Source of the DNA: Candidatus Latescibacterota bacterium
GTDB lineage: Bacteria > Latescibacterota > UBA2968 > GCA-2709665
NCBI GenBank assembly: GCA_965237675.1
Contig: OZ250150.1
Coordinates: forward strand, 1,728,001 to 1,792,000
Reading direction: 5' to 3'
DNA length: 64,000 bases
Below the pieces are notes generated by a model that was not told where the DNA came from, did no database searches, and saw only the letters and a program-made list of their open reading frames with translations. This document shows positions 19,259 to 29,919 of this stretch, piece by piece (positions within the stretch are counted from its first letter, which is position 1; each line of letters begins with the position of its first letter). A program made the position numbers and the translations under genes.

Positions 19259-21226
19259 ATGCCGAGACCTGCCGGGCAACGCGAAGCGGCGGTAGCCGGC
19301 ACGAAGTCGGCTTTGCGCGGGGTTTCGGTGCGCGCCCTGAGCGTTGGTCTGGGTATTGCCGCCCTGCACAATTTCTGGAGCCTGCACTCGCTCTATATCA
19401 TCCGGGGATCATGGCTTAACCGGACGCACTTCCCCATGGGCGTGTTCGTGCCGTTCCTGATCCTTGTTCTGACGGTGCCCGCCCTCCGGCGGTTCGTTCC
19501 CAGGATGGCGTTGTCCGGCCCGGAACTCCTGGTGGCGCTGTGCGCGGGCCTGGCGGGTGGGATGGTGCCCACGTTCGGTCTGTCCACGACCTGGATCGGG
19601 ATGCTGGCGATCCCCCACTATCTTGCCACGCCCGAGAATATGTGGGGAGAGTACCTGCTGCCCCACGTACCCGGCTGGATGTTGCCTTCAAACGCGCAGG
19701 GGGCCATGAGATGGCTCTTTGAGGGTCTGCCGCCCGGTGAGGGGATTCCCTGGCACGCGTGGGCGGCCCCGATGTTCTGGTGGACGGCGCTGCTAGGCGG
19801 GATGGCGCTGGTTTCTTTCTGCACGGTCGTGGTGTTGCACCGTCAGTGGTCGGGGCACGAACGCCTGGCCTATCCCATTCCCGCGGTGGCCGTGGATATG
19901 GCGGAGGGAGCCGAGGGCAGAGGCGAGTGGGCCGGGTTGTTGCGGAACCGGTTGTTCATTGCGGGGATGCTTGCCGCGCTGACGATCAAGGTCTGGAACC
20001 TGGTTCCGGCCTTTGTTCACGGATTTCCGATGATCCGGTTGTTTCACCAGCAGTTGTGGGTGCACTTTACGCAATACACACAGGTCCATGTGAGCCTGAA
20101 TTTCTATACCATCGGGTTCGCGTATTTGACCGGCCTGGACCTGCTGCTGAGTATCTGGCTGTTCCATCTGTTTTACATTCTGGAGATCGCGGCTTTCGCA
20201 CGGGTTGGGCTGGGGATTGCCGGATTTTCCGGCGGGGTCGTATCCTGGCAGGGCGGCGGCGCGATGATGTGCTACGTGGGCCTGGCGTTATGGACCGCCC
20301 GGGGGCACCTCAAACGCGTGGTTCGCCGGGCACTGGGGCAGGGGGGCGGAGCGGACGACGCCGGGGCGCTGATGGGCTACAGGTGGGCGGTTTCGGGTCT
20401 GATTCTGGGGGTGGCCTTTGTGATCTGCTGGTTGCGGATGGCGGGCATGGGTCTTCCCCTGGCCACGGCGCTGACCGTGTTCCTGTTCACAAGCTACCTG
20501 GGCCTCGCCAGGGTTGTCGCGCAGACCGGCCTGCTTTACGTCAACTTCCCCCTCAGCGGGCAGGCGCTGATTCTGGGCACGTTGGGCGCGGCCTCCATCC
20601 CGGCGCCGGGGCTCACGGCCATGGCCTTTACAAACGTGTTCGCCAATGACAGCATGGGCCTGTTCATGCCGGCCTTCGCGCAGATCGCAAAGCTGGCCGA
20701 ACGGGTGGAGCGGCACCGGAGGCGTTTGGGCTGGGTTGTGGCGCTGGGCCTGTTGACCAGCATTGCGGCGTCGGTGGTGCTGACACTGTATTGGGGGTAT
20801 TTCGGCGGGGCGTACAATTTTGGAAGTATCGCGCTTTTCCGAAGGACGGTGCCCAGCGTGAACGGGTACGTAAGCCATATGCGCAGCCCGGATCCCGTTC
20901 AGGCGGCGCCGTTTATTCTCTTTGCGGCCGGCGCGGCGGGCATGGCCCTGCTGGCGTTCCTGCGATACCGGTTCAACTGGTGGCCGGTGCACCCGGCCGG
21001 GTTGGCCGTGGCCTACACGGGGTTGACGAAGCACGCTGCTTTCAGCATCTTTGCCGCCTGGATCTGCAAGTTTATCGTGATCAAGACCGGGGGGATGCTG
21101 CTCTATCGACGGACGGTACCATTTTTTATCGGGACGATCGTGGGCTATGCGCTGTCCGTCGCCCTCGGATACGTACTGGATGTGATCTGGTTCGAAGGGC
21201 AGGGGCACGCCGTGCACGCATATTGA
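19259..21226 (+). CDS. DUF6785/DUF6784-like polytopic membrane protein B
   Basis: ATG 19259; HYLATPENMW, QWSGHERLAYP, WWPVHPAGL, PFFIGTIVG; clear paralog of 12496-14499. Confidence 0.8.
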   Translation: MPRPAGQREAAVAGTKSALRGVSVRALSVGLGIAALHNFWSLHSLYIIRGSWLNRTHFPMGVFVPFLILVLTVPALRRFVPRMALSGPELLVALCAGLAGGMVPTFGLSTTWIGMLAIPHYLATPENMWGEYLLPHVPGWMLPSNAQGAMRWLFEGLPPGEGIPWHAWAAPMFWWTALLGGMALVSFCTVVVLHRQWSGHERLAYPIPAVAVDMAEGAEGRGEWAGLLRNRLFIAGMLAALTIKVWNLVPAFVHGFPMIRLFHQQLWVHFTQYTQVHVSLNFYTIGFAYLTGLDLLLSIWLFHLFYILEIAAFARVGLGIAGFSGGVVSWQGGGAMMCYVGLALWTARGHLKRVVRRALGQGGGADDAGALMGYRWAVSGLILGVAFVICWLRMAGMGLPLATALTVFLFTSYLGLARVVAQTGLLYVNFPLSGQALILGTLGAASIPAPGLTAMAFTNVFANDSMGLFMPAFAQIAKLAERVERHRRRLGWVVALGLLTSIAASVVLTLYWGYFGGAYNFGSIALFRRTVPSVNGYVSHMRSPDPVQAAPFILFAAGAAGMALLAFLRYRFNWWPVHPAGLAVAYTGLTKHAAFSIFAAWICKFIVIKTGGMLLYRRTVPFFIGTIVGYALSVALGYVLDVIWFEGQGHAVHAY

Positions 21227-21257
21227 CGCTAACGCACGTAACGGAGGGTATGATCTG

Positions 21258-24200
21258 ATGCGTATTCCACCGGTGTACACGGAACGGAAGGATCTCAATC
21301 TCGATACGGAACTGGTCCGAAACGGCCGGGCGAACGTCACGATCGTGGTTCCGGAAGGGCGGCTTTACGGTGGCCCGTCGAAACGCCTGCAGGCGGCTAT
21401 TCAGGCGCGGACCGGCGTGCGCGTGCCCATTGCCGAGGAAACGTCCAAGGCAGGAGCCGCGCCCATTTCCGCACACGTGATCGTGCTGGGCAACCGGTCC
21501 AGCAGCCGCACGATAGAAGCGCTCTACAACCAATACTACACGCTGCTGGATCTGCGCTATCCGGGGCCGGGCGGGTACGAGGTCCGGTCGCTTCACAATC
21601 CGTTCGGTAACGGGTACAATGTGATCTTCGTGGGCGGTAGCGATGAAGACGGTGTGTCGGCGGCAGCCGATGCGCTGGCGAGAAGGGTGTCCGAAGCGGA
21701 GGGCGAAGAAGGCGCGCTTTCGCTGGGTTGGCTGATGGAGATTGAACTGGGACGGGGGATCGCGGTACCACGGGACATCCGGGATTTTGAGACCTGGGAG
21801 GCCTCCGCGGGATACGGATCGGTGGGGTATTTCGGGTGGAACAGCATCAGCAAGCGGATGGCCATGTACTATATGACGGGAGACCCCTTCCACGCGCGGG
21901 AAGCCCTCCGGCTGGCCTTCCCGGACGATCGGGCAAAGGCAGAGATAACCGAGATCGACGGGGAACGGATCGAGAACAAGGACGAGCCGCTCGGCGGTCC
22001 CTACCACTACAACGCGCATATGATGATTCTGTACTGGGATCTGATTGAGGAAAGTCCGGTGTTTACGGATGATGAACGCCTGCGGGTGACAAACGCCTTC
22101 GCGTCTCAGTTCGGCCACGCGCAGGACCAGGGCGCGCGCAGGCAGGTGGCGGAGAATGTGCGACGCGGCGCGAGGGGTTTCGGAGACCCGCCGCGCAGCG
22201 TGGGGTCGCGGCACGGGCAGTGGTCCGCGATTTCGCTCTACTGCCTGGGGCGTTACTTCCAGACCCATTACCCGCATGAACTCTGGGAGCAGTCCATGGA
22301 GGCGGCGAGGTGGCATTTTGCATCGCTGCATCGCCACGCCTGGGTCGACGGGGAGCAGGACAATCTGTTCTGGTACAATACCGGGATGGCCCCCGTTCTG
22401 AGTTATATGCTGATTACCGGGGACCGCAAGCCGATGGATAACGGGGTGCTGGACACCCTCCTTCGCGGGCAGGAGATCCTGGCCTCGGGACGTGAGCCGG
22501 ACTGGGCGTTGAATTCGGCGTCAATCGGTTTTCTCAACAAGGCCGCCTATCTGACGAAGGACGGCCGCTACCTCGAATACCTGCGCCGTACCGGCATGGA
22601 CCTGGACGTCTTCCGGCTGGGGCAGTCCTTCTGGCCTGAGGGCGGCCTTACGGCGAAGCAGCCCACGGATCTTGTGAACAGGTGGTGCATCCATCCCATC
22701 CCGGAGCCGATGTGGCGGGAACGCGCGGGCGGATTGCCACTGGAAGAGTCCTTCCTGTTCGGAAGCTTTCGGAGCGCGGCCGATGCCACGGGCGATTTCA
22801 TCCTGGTGAAGGGGATGAACGGCGCGTCGCGTAACGCGTACCATACCTTTGTGATTCTGGAACTGCGACTGGGCGGACAGACGCTGCTGGAAGGCTATTT
22901 GAACCAGGTGCTGACCCGGTCGGACGGGACCGTGGAGCCGGCGGTGGCGATGGATTCGGCGTTGAAGTATCGGGGTGTGGTTGGAGGCGCCGCCGTGGTT
23001 GTCGGCGAAGTGCCGAGAGCGGCGTTCTGTTCCTGGCGGCGAACACTGGTTCAGCGCATCGGCCGGTACGCGTTGTTTGCGGACGAACTGACCTTTCGCG
23101 CGGACAGCGCAGAGTTGGAGGTGGAGGTCCTGTGGCAGGGCAAGGGCGCGTGGGAGGTGTTGCCGGACCGGGGCGCGGTCCGGATTCGGGATGTCGCGGA
23201 GATCCGCATGTCGGATCCGATGGAGACTGCCGTTGCTGACGGGCAGGCACGCATGGCCTGGCGGGGAATCGTGGAAAAGGGAAGCGGGAGATGCTTTTTC
23301 TCGCTGGTGGGAGGGACGGGGACAGCATGCGCGCGGCTGGGTGTCAATGCGGCGGCCCTGGCGCTGCCCGAGCCGGCGGTTGCCGCCCTGGGCGAATACC
23401 AGGGACTTCATGGAGATCTGGTCGTTCTGGCGTCCAGCCACCTCCATGGCGTCAATGCGACCGATGTCGCTTTTGGCGATCTGCTGTTCCACGCAAGCGC
23501 GCCGGTGCAGGTCGACTGGGACTTTCATAGCGGCACCCTGGAGGTGGTTGCGGGTGAGGAGGTCGAATTACGCCTGGCCGTCGCCGATCCGGGTAGCGCG
23601 CGCGTGGGCGGAAGCGTTCCCGGGGGCGGTTCGGATGACTCCGGTATGTTGACCATCGGAATCCCCGCGGGGCGGCATACGGTTTCGGGCGTGTTACCCG
23701 ATGCGGATACGATTGAAAAGGTGACCGCACGGCTCGAGGGCCTTCTGGAGCAGGGCCGCGAGGCCAGAAGGCTATCCGCGGCCGCGCCATCGCCTGTTCT
23801 GCCGGATGTACCCTCCATGGCGCCTGTTTTCGCCACCGGCGTGGGTGGTGCGGTGGTAGACCTCGTCGTCGCCGATTCTGGCGAGGAAACGCGAATCTGT
23901 GCGGCTGAGGCTAAGAATGTCCACGTGTTGTCACAGGAGGGGAAAGAACTCCGAACCCTGCGGACGGATGGTCCCATCCGTCTCCTCCACTGGTGGGCGG
24001 AGCACAACCTGCTCCTGGCGGGATGTGTGGACGAGAAGGTCATTGCGTTCGATCCGGATACGGGAGATCGGCAATGGACGTTTGTGTCCGAGGAAGACCC
24101 GGCGGTGTTCCAGGCCGCAAAACCGTACTGGTTCAAGACGGCGCCGGGGCACGCGGGCGTTCATGGACTCCATTCCGGCGTGTTCCTGGATGGCGAAAGC

Positions 24201-24974
24201 CAGGCATTCGTGGGCAGCGCCTGCACACTCGAAATACTGGATCATGATGGAAATCTCGTGAAACGGCTTCCGGTATTCTGGGGCCCGGGTTCGCGGTTTG
24301 CCCTGATGGACCGACCCGACGGCAGCATTGATCTTCTGATTGCACGGCAGCCCACGGATTCGCACGCGATGGCCGTTGTGAACAACCGCGAGTTGGACCC
24401 GAAACAGCGCGGCTTCCAAGACGTGCCGGACGGACATACGAATATAGGCGGGTGGGCGTGCATGAGCCGGAAGCACATCTTTAACGAGGATCTGGACGGG
24501 GACGGCAGGAGGGAAGTGGTCAGCGAGATCAACGGGACCTGGAACCGGGTGACGGTCTGGACGGAGGATGGGCGGGCGCTGCACAACGTCCACCTCGGCC
24601 CGGGGCAGCGCATTCCGGCGGACAACGTGCGGGATTTCGACGTTGTCGACCTGGATGGCGATGGCAGAAAAGAGCTCCTCGCGGCGCTTTCGGGCGGGCT
24701 GATACTTGCCCTCGATCACCAATGTGAGAAGGTCTGGGCAAGGCGGCTGCCTTTTCCACCGACGGTGATGGCAGGCATTGGAGCCGGGGGCGGCGCCAGG
24801 GTCGTGGCCGGCTGCGAAGACGGTACGCTGGTCGTCCTGGATGGCGGTGGCAAGGTCGTCGGGTCGGGCAGGATGACGGGGAGGCCGACCGGAATTGTCC
24901 GTGTGGATGGAAATGTCGTTCTGGCAACGGATCAGGGGGAGGTCACGGGATGGCGGGTGGATAACCGCAGGTAA
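21258..24974 (+). CDS. Large lyase-like protein with C-terminal FG-GAP/PQQ beta-propeller (paralog 1)
   Basis: YPGPGGYEVRSLHNPFGNG, WDLIEESPVF motifs; DLDGDG repeats; no signal peptide. Confidence 0.75.
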   Translation: MRIPPVYTERKDLNLDTELVRNGRANVTIVVPEGRLYGGPSKRLQAAIQARTGVRVPIAEETSKAGAAPISAHVIVLGNRSSSRTIEALYNQYYTLLDLRYPGPGGYEVRSLHNPFGNGYNVIFVGGSDEDGVSAAADALARRVSEAEGEEGALSLGWLMEIELGRGIAVPRDIRDFETWEASAGYGSVGYFGWNSISKRMAMYYMTGDPFHAREALRLAFPDDRAKAEITEIDGERIENKDEPLGGPYHYNAHMMILYWDLIEESPVFTDDERLRVTNAFASQFGHAQDQGARRQVAENVRRGARGFGDPPRSVGSRHGQWSAISLYCLGRYFQTHYPHELWEQSMEAARWHFASLHRHAWVDGEQDNLFWYNTGMAPVLSYMLITGDRKPMDNGVLDTLLRGQEILASGREPDWALNSASIGFLNKAAYLTKDGRYLEYLRRTGMDLDVFRLGQSFWPEGGLTAKQPTDLVNRWCIHPIPEPMWRERAGGLPLEESFLFGSFRSAADATGDFILVKGMNGASRNAYHTFVILELRLGGQTLLEGYLNQVLTRSDGTVEPAVAMDSALKYRGVVGGAAVVVGEVPRAAFCSWRRTLVQRIGRYALFADELTFRADSAELEVEVLWQGKGAWEVLPDRGAVRIRDVAEIRMSDPMETAVADGQARMAWRGIVEKGSGRCFFSLVGGTGTACARLGVNAAALALPEPAVAALGEYQGLHGDLVVLASSHLHGVNATDVAFGDLLFHASAPVQVDWDFHSGTLEVVAGEEVELRLAVADPGSARVGGSVPGGGSDDSGMLTIGIPAGRHTVSGVLPDADTIEKVTARLEGLLEQGREARRLSAAAPSPVLPDVPSMAPVFATGVGGAVVDLVVADSGEETRICAAEAKNVHVLSQEGKELRTLRTDGPIRLLHWWAEHNLLLAGCVDEKVIAFDPDTGDRQWTFVSEEDPAVFQAAKPYWFKTAPGHAGVHGLHSGVFLDGESQAFVGSACTLEILDHDGNLVKRLPVFWGPGSRFALMDRPDGSIDLLIARQPTDSHAMAVVNNRELDPKQRGFQDVPDGHTNIGGWACMSRKHIFNEDLDGDGRREVVSEINGTWNRVTVWTEDGRALHNVHLGPGQRIPADNVRDFDVVDLDGDGRKELLAALSGGLILALDHQCEKVWARRLPFPPTVMAGIGAGGGARVVAGCEDGTLVVLDGGGKVVGSGRMTGRPTGIVRVDGNVVLATDQGEVTGWRVDNRR

Positions 24975-24998
24975 GCTGGACAACGGTCAGGAGGAAAA

Positions 24999-27900
24999 AT
25001 GGACGCGGATCGAGGGCCGGTCGGACTGAAAATCGATACGTTGAGACAAATGCACCTGGAGACGGTGCTGGCGGCAGACCGCGAACCCGGTGGGAAGATC
25101 GTCATCGGGGAAAATCCGGAGCACCAGCGGCAGGCGCAACGCATCGTGGAATGTATTCAATCGGCCACGGGCGCCCGTCTGCCGGTCGTCCGCGCCGATG
25201 ACGCGACAGGGGGAGGCCTGCTTGACAGTCACGTGGTCGCTCTGGGAAATATGGCCGACAACCCCTTTGTCCGCTGGCTGTATCACCAGTGGTGGGCCAT
25301 AGAGGATCTCTGTTATCCCGGCGAGGGAGGGTATACGCTCCGTACGCTGCACAACCTGCTGGGAAACGGGAAGAATGTGGTCCTGCTGGGAGCCAGCGAC
25401 GAAAGCGGGCTGGACCGCGCGGCATCCCGTTTTTTGTCGCGGGTCGGCGCGGGCGAGAGGCTGAGTTTCGGTTGGCTGATGGACGTCGCGCCGGGCCCGG
25501 CCTTCGATTCTCTCGAACATCCGCCGGACGGGTGGCTTGAGGAGCGGCGGGAGGATTTTATCGGACGGGTAAGCCAGCCGCATGCCTCCGAAGCGGGGGC
25601 AGGCCACGGGATGGTTACGGAGGCGGGAAGGCAGGGCCTGGCATATCATCGGACGGGGTTCGAGGTCTATGCGAAGGCATTGCGCGAGGCGGTGGATGCG
25701 CATCTGAAGATGGGGGAGCACGGCGTGATGGCCCACTTCAACGTGTGGTGGCTTGCGGTGATCTGGGACCTGATCGAGGAGAGTCCGGTGTTTTCAGACG
25801 CGGATCGCCTGCGGATCACGCGGTATCTGCTGTGGATTATGGATTCGCAGGAGGGCGCGTACAACCCCTTCTTCCGCCAGGGGGTGGGTCACCGGATGGT
25901 GCGGCAGAACCACCAGACGCTGGTGGGTCTTTCGTCGTGGTTCGCGGGTCGATACTTCTCCACGCATTACGAAATGCCGGAGGCGGAGGAATGGCAGGCG
26001 GCGTCAGCGGATCTGTTCAAGGGGCAGGCGGAGTCCTTCAAGCCGACCGAGGATGCGAATGCCTACCAGTGGACGACACTGGACCATCTCCTGACCTATA
26101 CGCTGGCCAGCGGGGACAGGACGTACGTTGAAAACGGAAATTGCCGCCGGTCGCTGGACCAGGCGGTATTGTACTGCAACAATCTCGGGGCCATGCCGGC
26201 GTTCGGCGACTCGGGGGGATGCCAGGTACCTCCACCGGCCAGTTTCCTGGTGAAAGCGGGGCACGTACTGCGGGATGGCCGTGCGGAGTTCCTGATTCGC
26301 GCGCGATCGGACCGGGTTTCGCTTGTACACGGATTCGAGAAATATTTCTGCGATGGCCTGGAACCCGAGGCGCCCCGGGAAATGGCAGGCGTGCGGATAC
26401 TTGAGGTGGCGAAGGGATTCTACGATTTCGCCAGCGACCCGATGGCGCGCCCGTCGGAAGTAAAACCTCTCAATCTGCCGCTGGACACGGCGTTCGATAC
26501 GGTGTGTTTTCGAGAGGGTTTCGACCGGGCGGATCAGTACCTGATGCTGCACGGGATTTCCTACGGCAACCACGGGCACGACGACGGAAACACAATTGTG
26601 GAGTTCTCCGCGAATGACCGGGTGTTCCTGGTGGACGCCTCTTACACGGAGGGGCCCACCCTGAAACATCACAACGGGTGCACGGCGGTCCGAAACGGAG
26701 AGCCCTGGCAGGTGCCCGCGCTGTGCCGTCTGGAGGGGCTGGCGGACCTCGACCGTATGGGAATGAGCCGGACATCGATGGAAGTGGAATCGGGAGCGCG
26801 GTGGACCCGAAATATGGTATGGCGGGTCGGCCGGTTCTTCGTCGCCATCGATGAAATCCAGGCCACTGAAGCGGGTGCGTTCGCACTCCAATGCAACTGG
26901 CGGACGCTGGGGACGCCCACGCTGGACGGGAATCGGCTGGAGACCGTCCAGAAGGATCCGGACGACGGGCGGGAGGATCGGTTCGTTCTGGAAGGTGTGG
27001 GCGGTGACCGCATTGATATGGAGCGGGATTGGGAGGCTTTCGGGCATTGGTGGAAGGACTATCCGTACTCGGACGATTACGTCAATATCCTGCGTCAGTC
27101 CGTCAACCGCGAGATGGCGGCGGGAGACCGGCACACCTTCATCAATCTGTTTTACGCGACAAACGACACGAAACCGCTGGACGTGCGGATGCGTCGTGTT
27201 GGGGAGTCCGCGATCCTGGTGGAGGGATCGGAGGGGCGGATGCTGATCGGGACAGGCGGCGCCGACGGGACGTTTGCGGTTGGACCCGTGTCCGGAAAGG
27301 CCGACGTCTACGCGATCGGGCCGGGCTGGTTCACCCTGTGCGGGGGAACGCTGTTGCGCGGGGAAACAACGCTATTCGAAAGCGACGCCCCGGTGTCCGT
27401 TGAGTTCGACCTGGAGACGGGCGTCGGTGTGGCAGACGTATCGGAACCCGCAAACGCTGAGTTGTGCGGAGGGGTGCATACGCTCTCGGCCGGGAAACAG
27501 CGCGTGCGCCAGGCGCCCGCGGGCAGTGGCGGTATACCGGAACGTGTGTGGCGCCTGGACGATTGGCGGGCAGGCGCGGAGAAACGCGTACGGCCGGCAT
27601 CGGCGGCATCCCTGCGCCCTGTATGGTCGCGCGACTTCGGGTCGGCGGTACGATGTGTGGCGCGCAGGGGCGATGGCGTGGTTGCAGGTATGGAGGACGG
27701 GCGCGTGGTTGCATTGTGGGAGGGAGGAGAGCCCGACTGGACCTTCCGGGCGGGGGATGCGGTGCTGTCGGTGTGCGCGGCGGGGCAGGCCGGGGACGCC
27801 CGCTCACCGGTGGCGGCCGGGGCAAACGACCGGCGCCTCTATTTTCTGGAGCATGACGGCGCCGTGCGCTGGTCCCACGAGTTCGCGATCTTTCGAGGAG

Positions 27901-28697
27901 GGTGGGAGTGGTATACCCGGAACTCCTCGGTTGAACTGGTCAAGTCCGCGGACCTTCGCGGCACGGGACGGCCGGATATTCTCGCTGCGGTCACCGACCG
28001 GCAACTCCACTGTTTCGACGCGGACGGCAACAAACGCTGGAACTTCTTCATCTACGGGATCTTCGACCCCTTTTGCCTGGCGGATGTCAATGGAGACGGC
28101 CGTCCGGAGGTGATCGGCGGGCCGGGCCGGATTTCCTGCGGGGGAACGTGCTATGTGCTGGACGCGGACGGCAGCCAAATCGCCAGCAACGGGCTGGACG
28201 GTTGGCCGTCGATGCTACCGGGGTGCGACGTGTATCTGTACGAAAATGGCGACAATCTGATCGCGTGCGGTACGACCCGGTCGAAGGTTCACGCGCTTCG
28301 GCTTGACGGCGATTCTCTGACACCCCAGTGGTCACGGGAGGTGGGTGAAGAGGTGCACGCGGTTGCGGCGGTGGACGTGGACGGGGATGGGAGGCCCGAA
28401 GTCGCGGCCGGATCGGATTGTTTCTACATCTACCTGTTCGATGAAAACGGCGCCGAGCGATGGCGGCGCAACCTGGAGGCGCCCGTGCGCCGGCTGGTTG
28501 CCACCGACGTCAATGGAGATGGCCGGCCGGAAATTGTCGCCGGATGTGACGACGGGAGCGTATGGATACTGGACGGAGATGGACAGACCCTCGGTGTCCA
28601 CCGTTCAGAGGCGAAGATTCACGCCCTGACGCCCCACGGAGAAGGCCGCCTGCTGCTCGGGTGTTCGGACGGGACCCTTTCGATGCTGGGTCTCTGA
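24999..28697 (+). CDS. Large heparinase II/III-like protein with C-terminal FG-GAP/PQQ beta-propeller (paralog 2)
   Basis: AGGAGG RBS; YPGEGGYTLRTLHN, WDLIEESPVF, QNHQ, PAFGD, NHGHDDGN, HHN; DVNGDGRPE repeats. Confidence 0.8.
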   Translation: MDADRGPVGLKIDTLRQMHLETVLAADREPGGKIVIGENPEHQRQAQRIVECIQSATGARLPVVRADDATGGGLLDSHVVALGNMADNPFVRWLYHQWWAIEDLCYPGEGGYTLRTLHNLLGNGKNVVLLGASDESGLDRAASRFLSRVGAGERLSFGWLMDVAPGPAFDSLEHPPDGWLEERREDFIGRVSQPHASEAGAGHGMVTEAGRQGLAYHRTGFEVYAKALREAVDAHLKMGEHGVMAHFNVWWLAVIWDLIEESPVFSDADRLRITRYLLWIMDSQEGAYNPFFRQGVGHRMVRQNHQTLVGLSSWFAGRYFSTHYEMPEAEEWQAASADLFKGQAESFKPTEDANAYQWTTLDHLLTYTLASGDRTYVENGNCRRSLDQAVLYCNNLGAMPAFGDSGGCQVPPPASFLVKAGHVLRDGRAEFLIRARSDRVSLVHGFEKYFCDGLEPEAPREMAGVRILEVAKGFYDFASDPMARPSEVKPLNLPLDTAFDTVCFREGFDRADQYLMLHGISYGNHGHDDGNTIVEFSANDRVFLVDASYTEGPTLKHHNGCTAVRNGEPWQVPALCRLEGLADLDRMGMSRTSMEVESGARWTRNMVWRVGRFFVAIDEIQATEAGAFALQCNWRTLGTPTLDGNRLETVQKDPDDGREDRFVLEGVGGDRIDMERDWEAFGHWWKDYPYSDDYVNILRQSVNREMAAGDRHTFINLFYATNDTKPLDVRMRRVGESAILVEGSEGRMLIGTGGADGTFAVGPVSGKADVYAIGPGWFTLCGGTLLRGETTLFESDAPVSVEFDLETGVGVADVSEPANAELCGGVHTLSAGKQRVRQAPAGSGGIPERVWRLDDWRAGAEKRVRPASAASLRPVWSRDFGSAVRCVARRGDGVVAGMEDGRVVALWEGGEPDWTFRAGDAVLSVCAAGQAGDARSPVAAGANDRRLYFLEHDGAVRWSHEFAIFRGGWEWYTRNSSVELVKSADLRGTGRPDILAAVTDRQLHCFDADGNKRWNFFIYGIFDPFCLADVNGDGRPEVIGGPGRISCGGTCYVLDADGSQIASNGLDGWPSMLPGCDVYLYENGDNLIACGTTRSKVHALRLDGDSLTPQWSREVGEEVHAVAAVDVDGDGRPEVAAGSDCFYIYLFDENGAERWRRNLEAPVRRLVATDVNGDGRPEIVAGCDDGSVWILDGDGQTLGVHRSEAKIHALTPHGEGRLLLGCSDGTLSMLGL

Positions 28698-28774
28698 TTG
28701 TGACGATCTCTGCGATGGTTCGGGTAGACTGAATTCACGAAACCCTCGAGCGGCGCTGTTCAAAGGAGAGTTCC

Positions 28775-29767
28775 ATGACGAAAATGCTGCGCGTCGGGCT
28801 GGTCGGTTGCGGGGGGCAGACCCGCCTCAATCTCGCGCCGGCGGTCGCCCGTATCGAATCCGCGCGTCTGGTTTCGTGCGCGGACGTCGATGAAGCCAGG
28901 GCGCAACAACTGGCCGAAGCGTTACGGATCGAAAGGGTGTCCGCCCGTTCCGAGGACGTCACGGAAAGCGCGGACGTGGATGCCGTAGTCGTGGCCGTCC
29001 CGCACCGCCACCTCAAGGATGTTGCGCTCTCGGCCATTGGCGCCGGCAAGCACGTGTTTATCGAAAAACCTATGGGCCTCAACGCGGCGGAGGGCGCCGA
29101 GGTGGTGGAAGCCGCCGCCCGTCGGGGCGTGGTGGCCATGGTGGGCTATTGCATGCGCTATTCTCTCAGCCGGATGTTCATCAAGTCACTGCTCGACCGC
29201 GGGGCGGTTGGCGACGTCAGCTTCGTGGCGGCCGGCAAGGGGGGCGGCCCGCTGGGCGGGTGGCTCGGGGGGCCTTACGAGAAAGGGGGCGGCCAGCTTC
29301 TCTTTCTGGGTTCCCATCTGACCGACCAGGTGCTGTGGATGACGGGCGACGACGCCGAAGCCGTGTCGGGAACCGTGCGATGGACGCCCGGCGGGACGGA
29401 CGAGACGTCGGTATACACCGTGCGCCTGAAGGGTGGGGCCGCCGCGACGTTTTCCGTCTCCCAGGCTTCCGGCGTCGGCTACGATTTCGTGGACGTGTTC
29501 GGTACCCGCGGACGCGTACGGGGAGACTGGAAGGGCGACGTCGTGACCGTGGAAAGCCGGGTGATTCCCGAATATGCGCACCCCACGGTCCTCCGCATCC
29601 CCGGCGACGATCTCGCCCAGATGTGCTATCGGGAGTTGGCCGCGTTCGTCGAGGCGGCGGCGTCGGGCGCTCCCCCGCCTATCCCGGTTTCGGACGGCCT
29701 GCGCGTGCTCCGGATCCTGGATGCCGTGGTTTCGTCATCCACGGAGAACAGATGGATCGAGTTGTAG
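28775..29767 (+). CDS. Gfo/Idh/MocA family oxidoreductase
   Basis: VGLVGCGG, GKHVFIEKPM, GGQLLFLGSHLTD; AAGGAG RBS. Confidence 0.92.
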   Translation: MTKMLRVGLVGCGGQTRLNLAPAVARIESARLVSCADVDEARAQQLAEALRIERVSARSEDVTESADVDAVVVAVPHRHLKDVALSAIGAGKHVFIEKPMGLNAAEGAEVVEAAARRGVVAMVGYCMRYSLSRMFIKSLLDRGAVGDVSFVAAGKGGGPLGGWLGGPYEKGGGQLLFLGSHLTDQVLWMTGDDAEAVSGTVRWTPGGTDETSVYTVRLKGGAAATFSVSQASGVGYDFVDVFGTRGRVRGDWKGDVVTVESRVIPEYAHPTVLRIPGDDLAQMCYRELAAFVEAAASGAPPPIPVSDGLRVLRILDAVVSSSTENRWIEL

Positions 29768-29785
29768 GCGGTCGCCCTGGGCGGA

Positions 29786-29885
29786 ACCTCTCCCCCCGGC
29801 CCCGCGCCGAGCGGCGCCCTTCTTTTTCGCCCTTTTTCTTGGGCGAAGCAAGAAAAAGGGCAAGGGAATAGGGGACGTTAGGGGG
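29786..29885. repeat. Composite intergenic palindromic (REP/MITE-like) element
   Basis: ACCTCTCCCCCCGGCCCC (29786-29803) is identical to 34745-34762; perfect 13-bp stem GCCCTTTTTCTTG/CAAGAAAAAGGGC at 29829-29861. Confidence 0.7.
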
Positions 29886-29919
29886 TGGTGGTTCATCTAC
29901 CTGAATAAAGGACATATAC

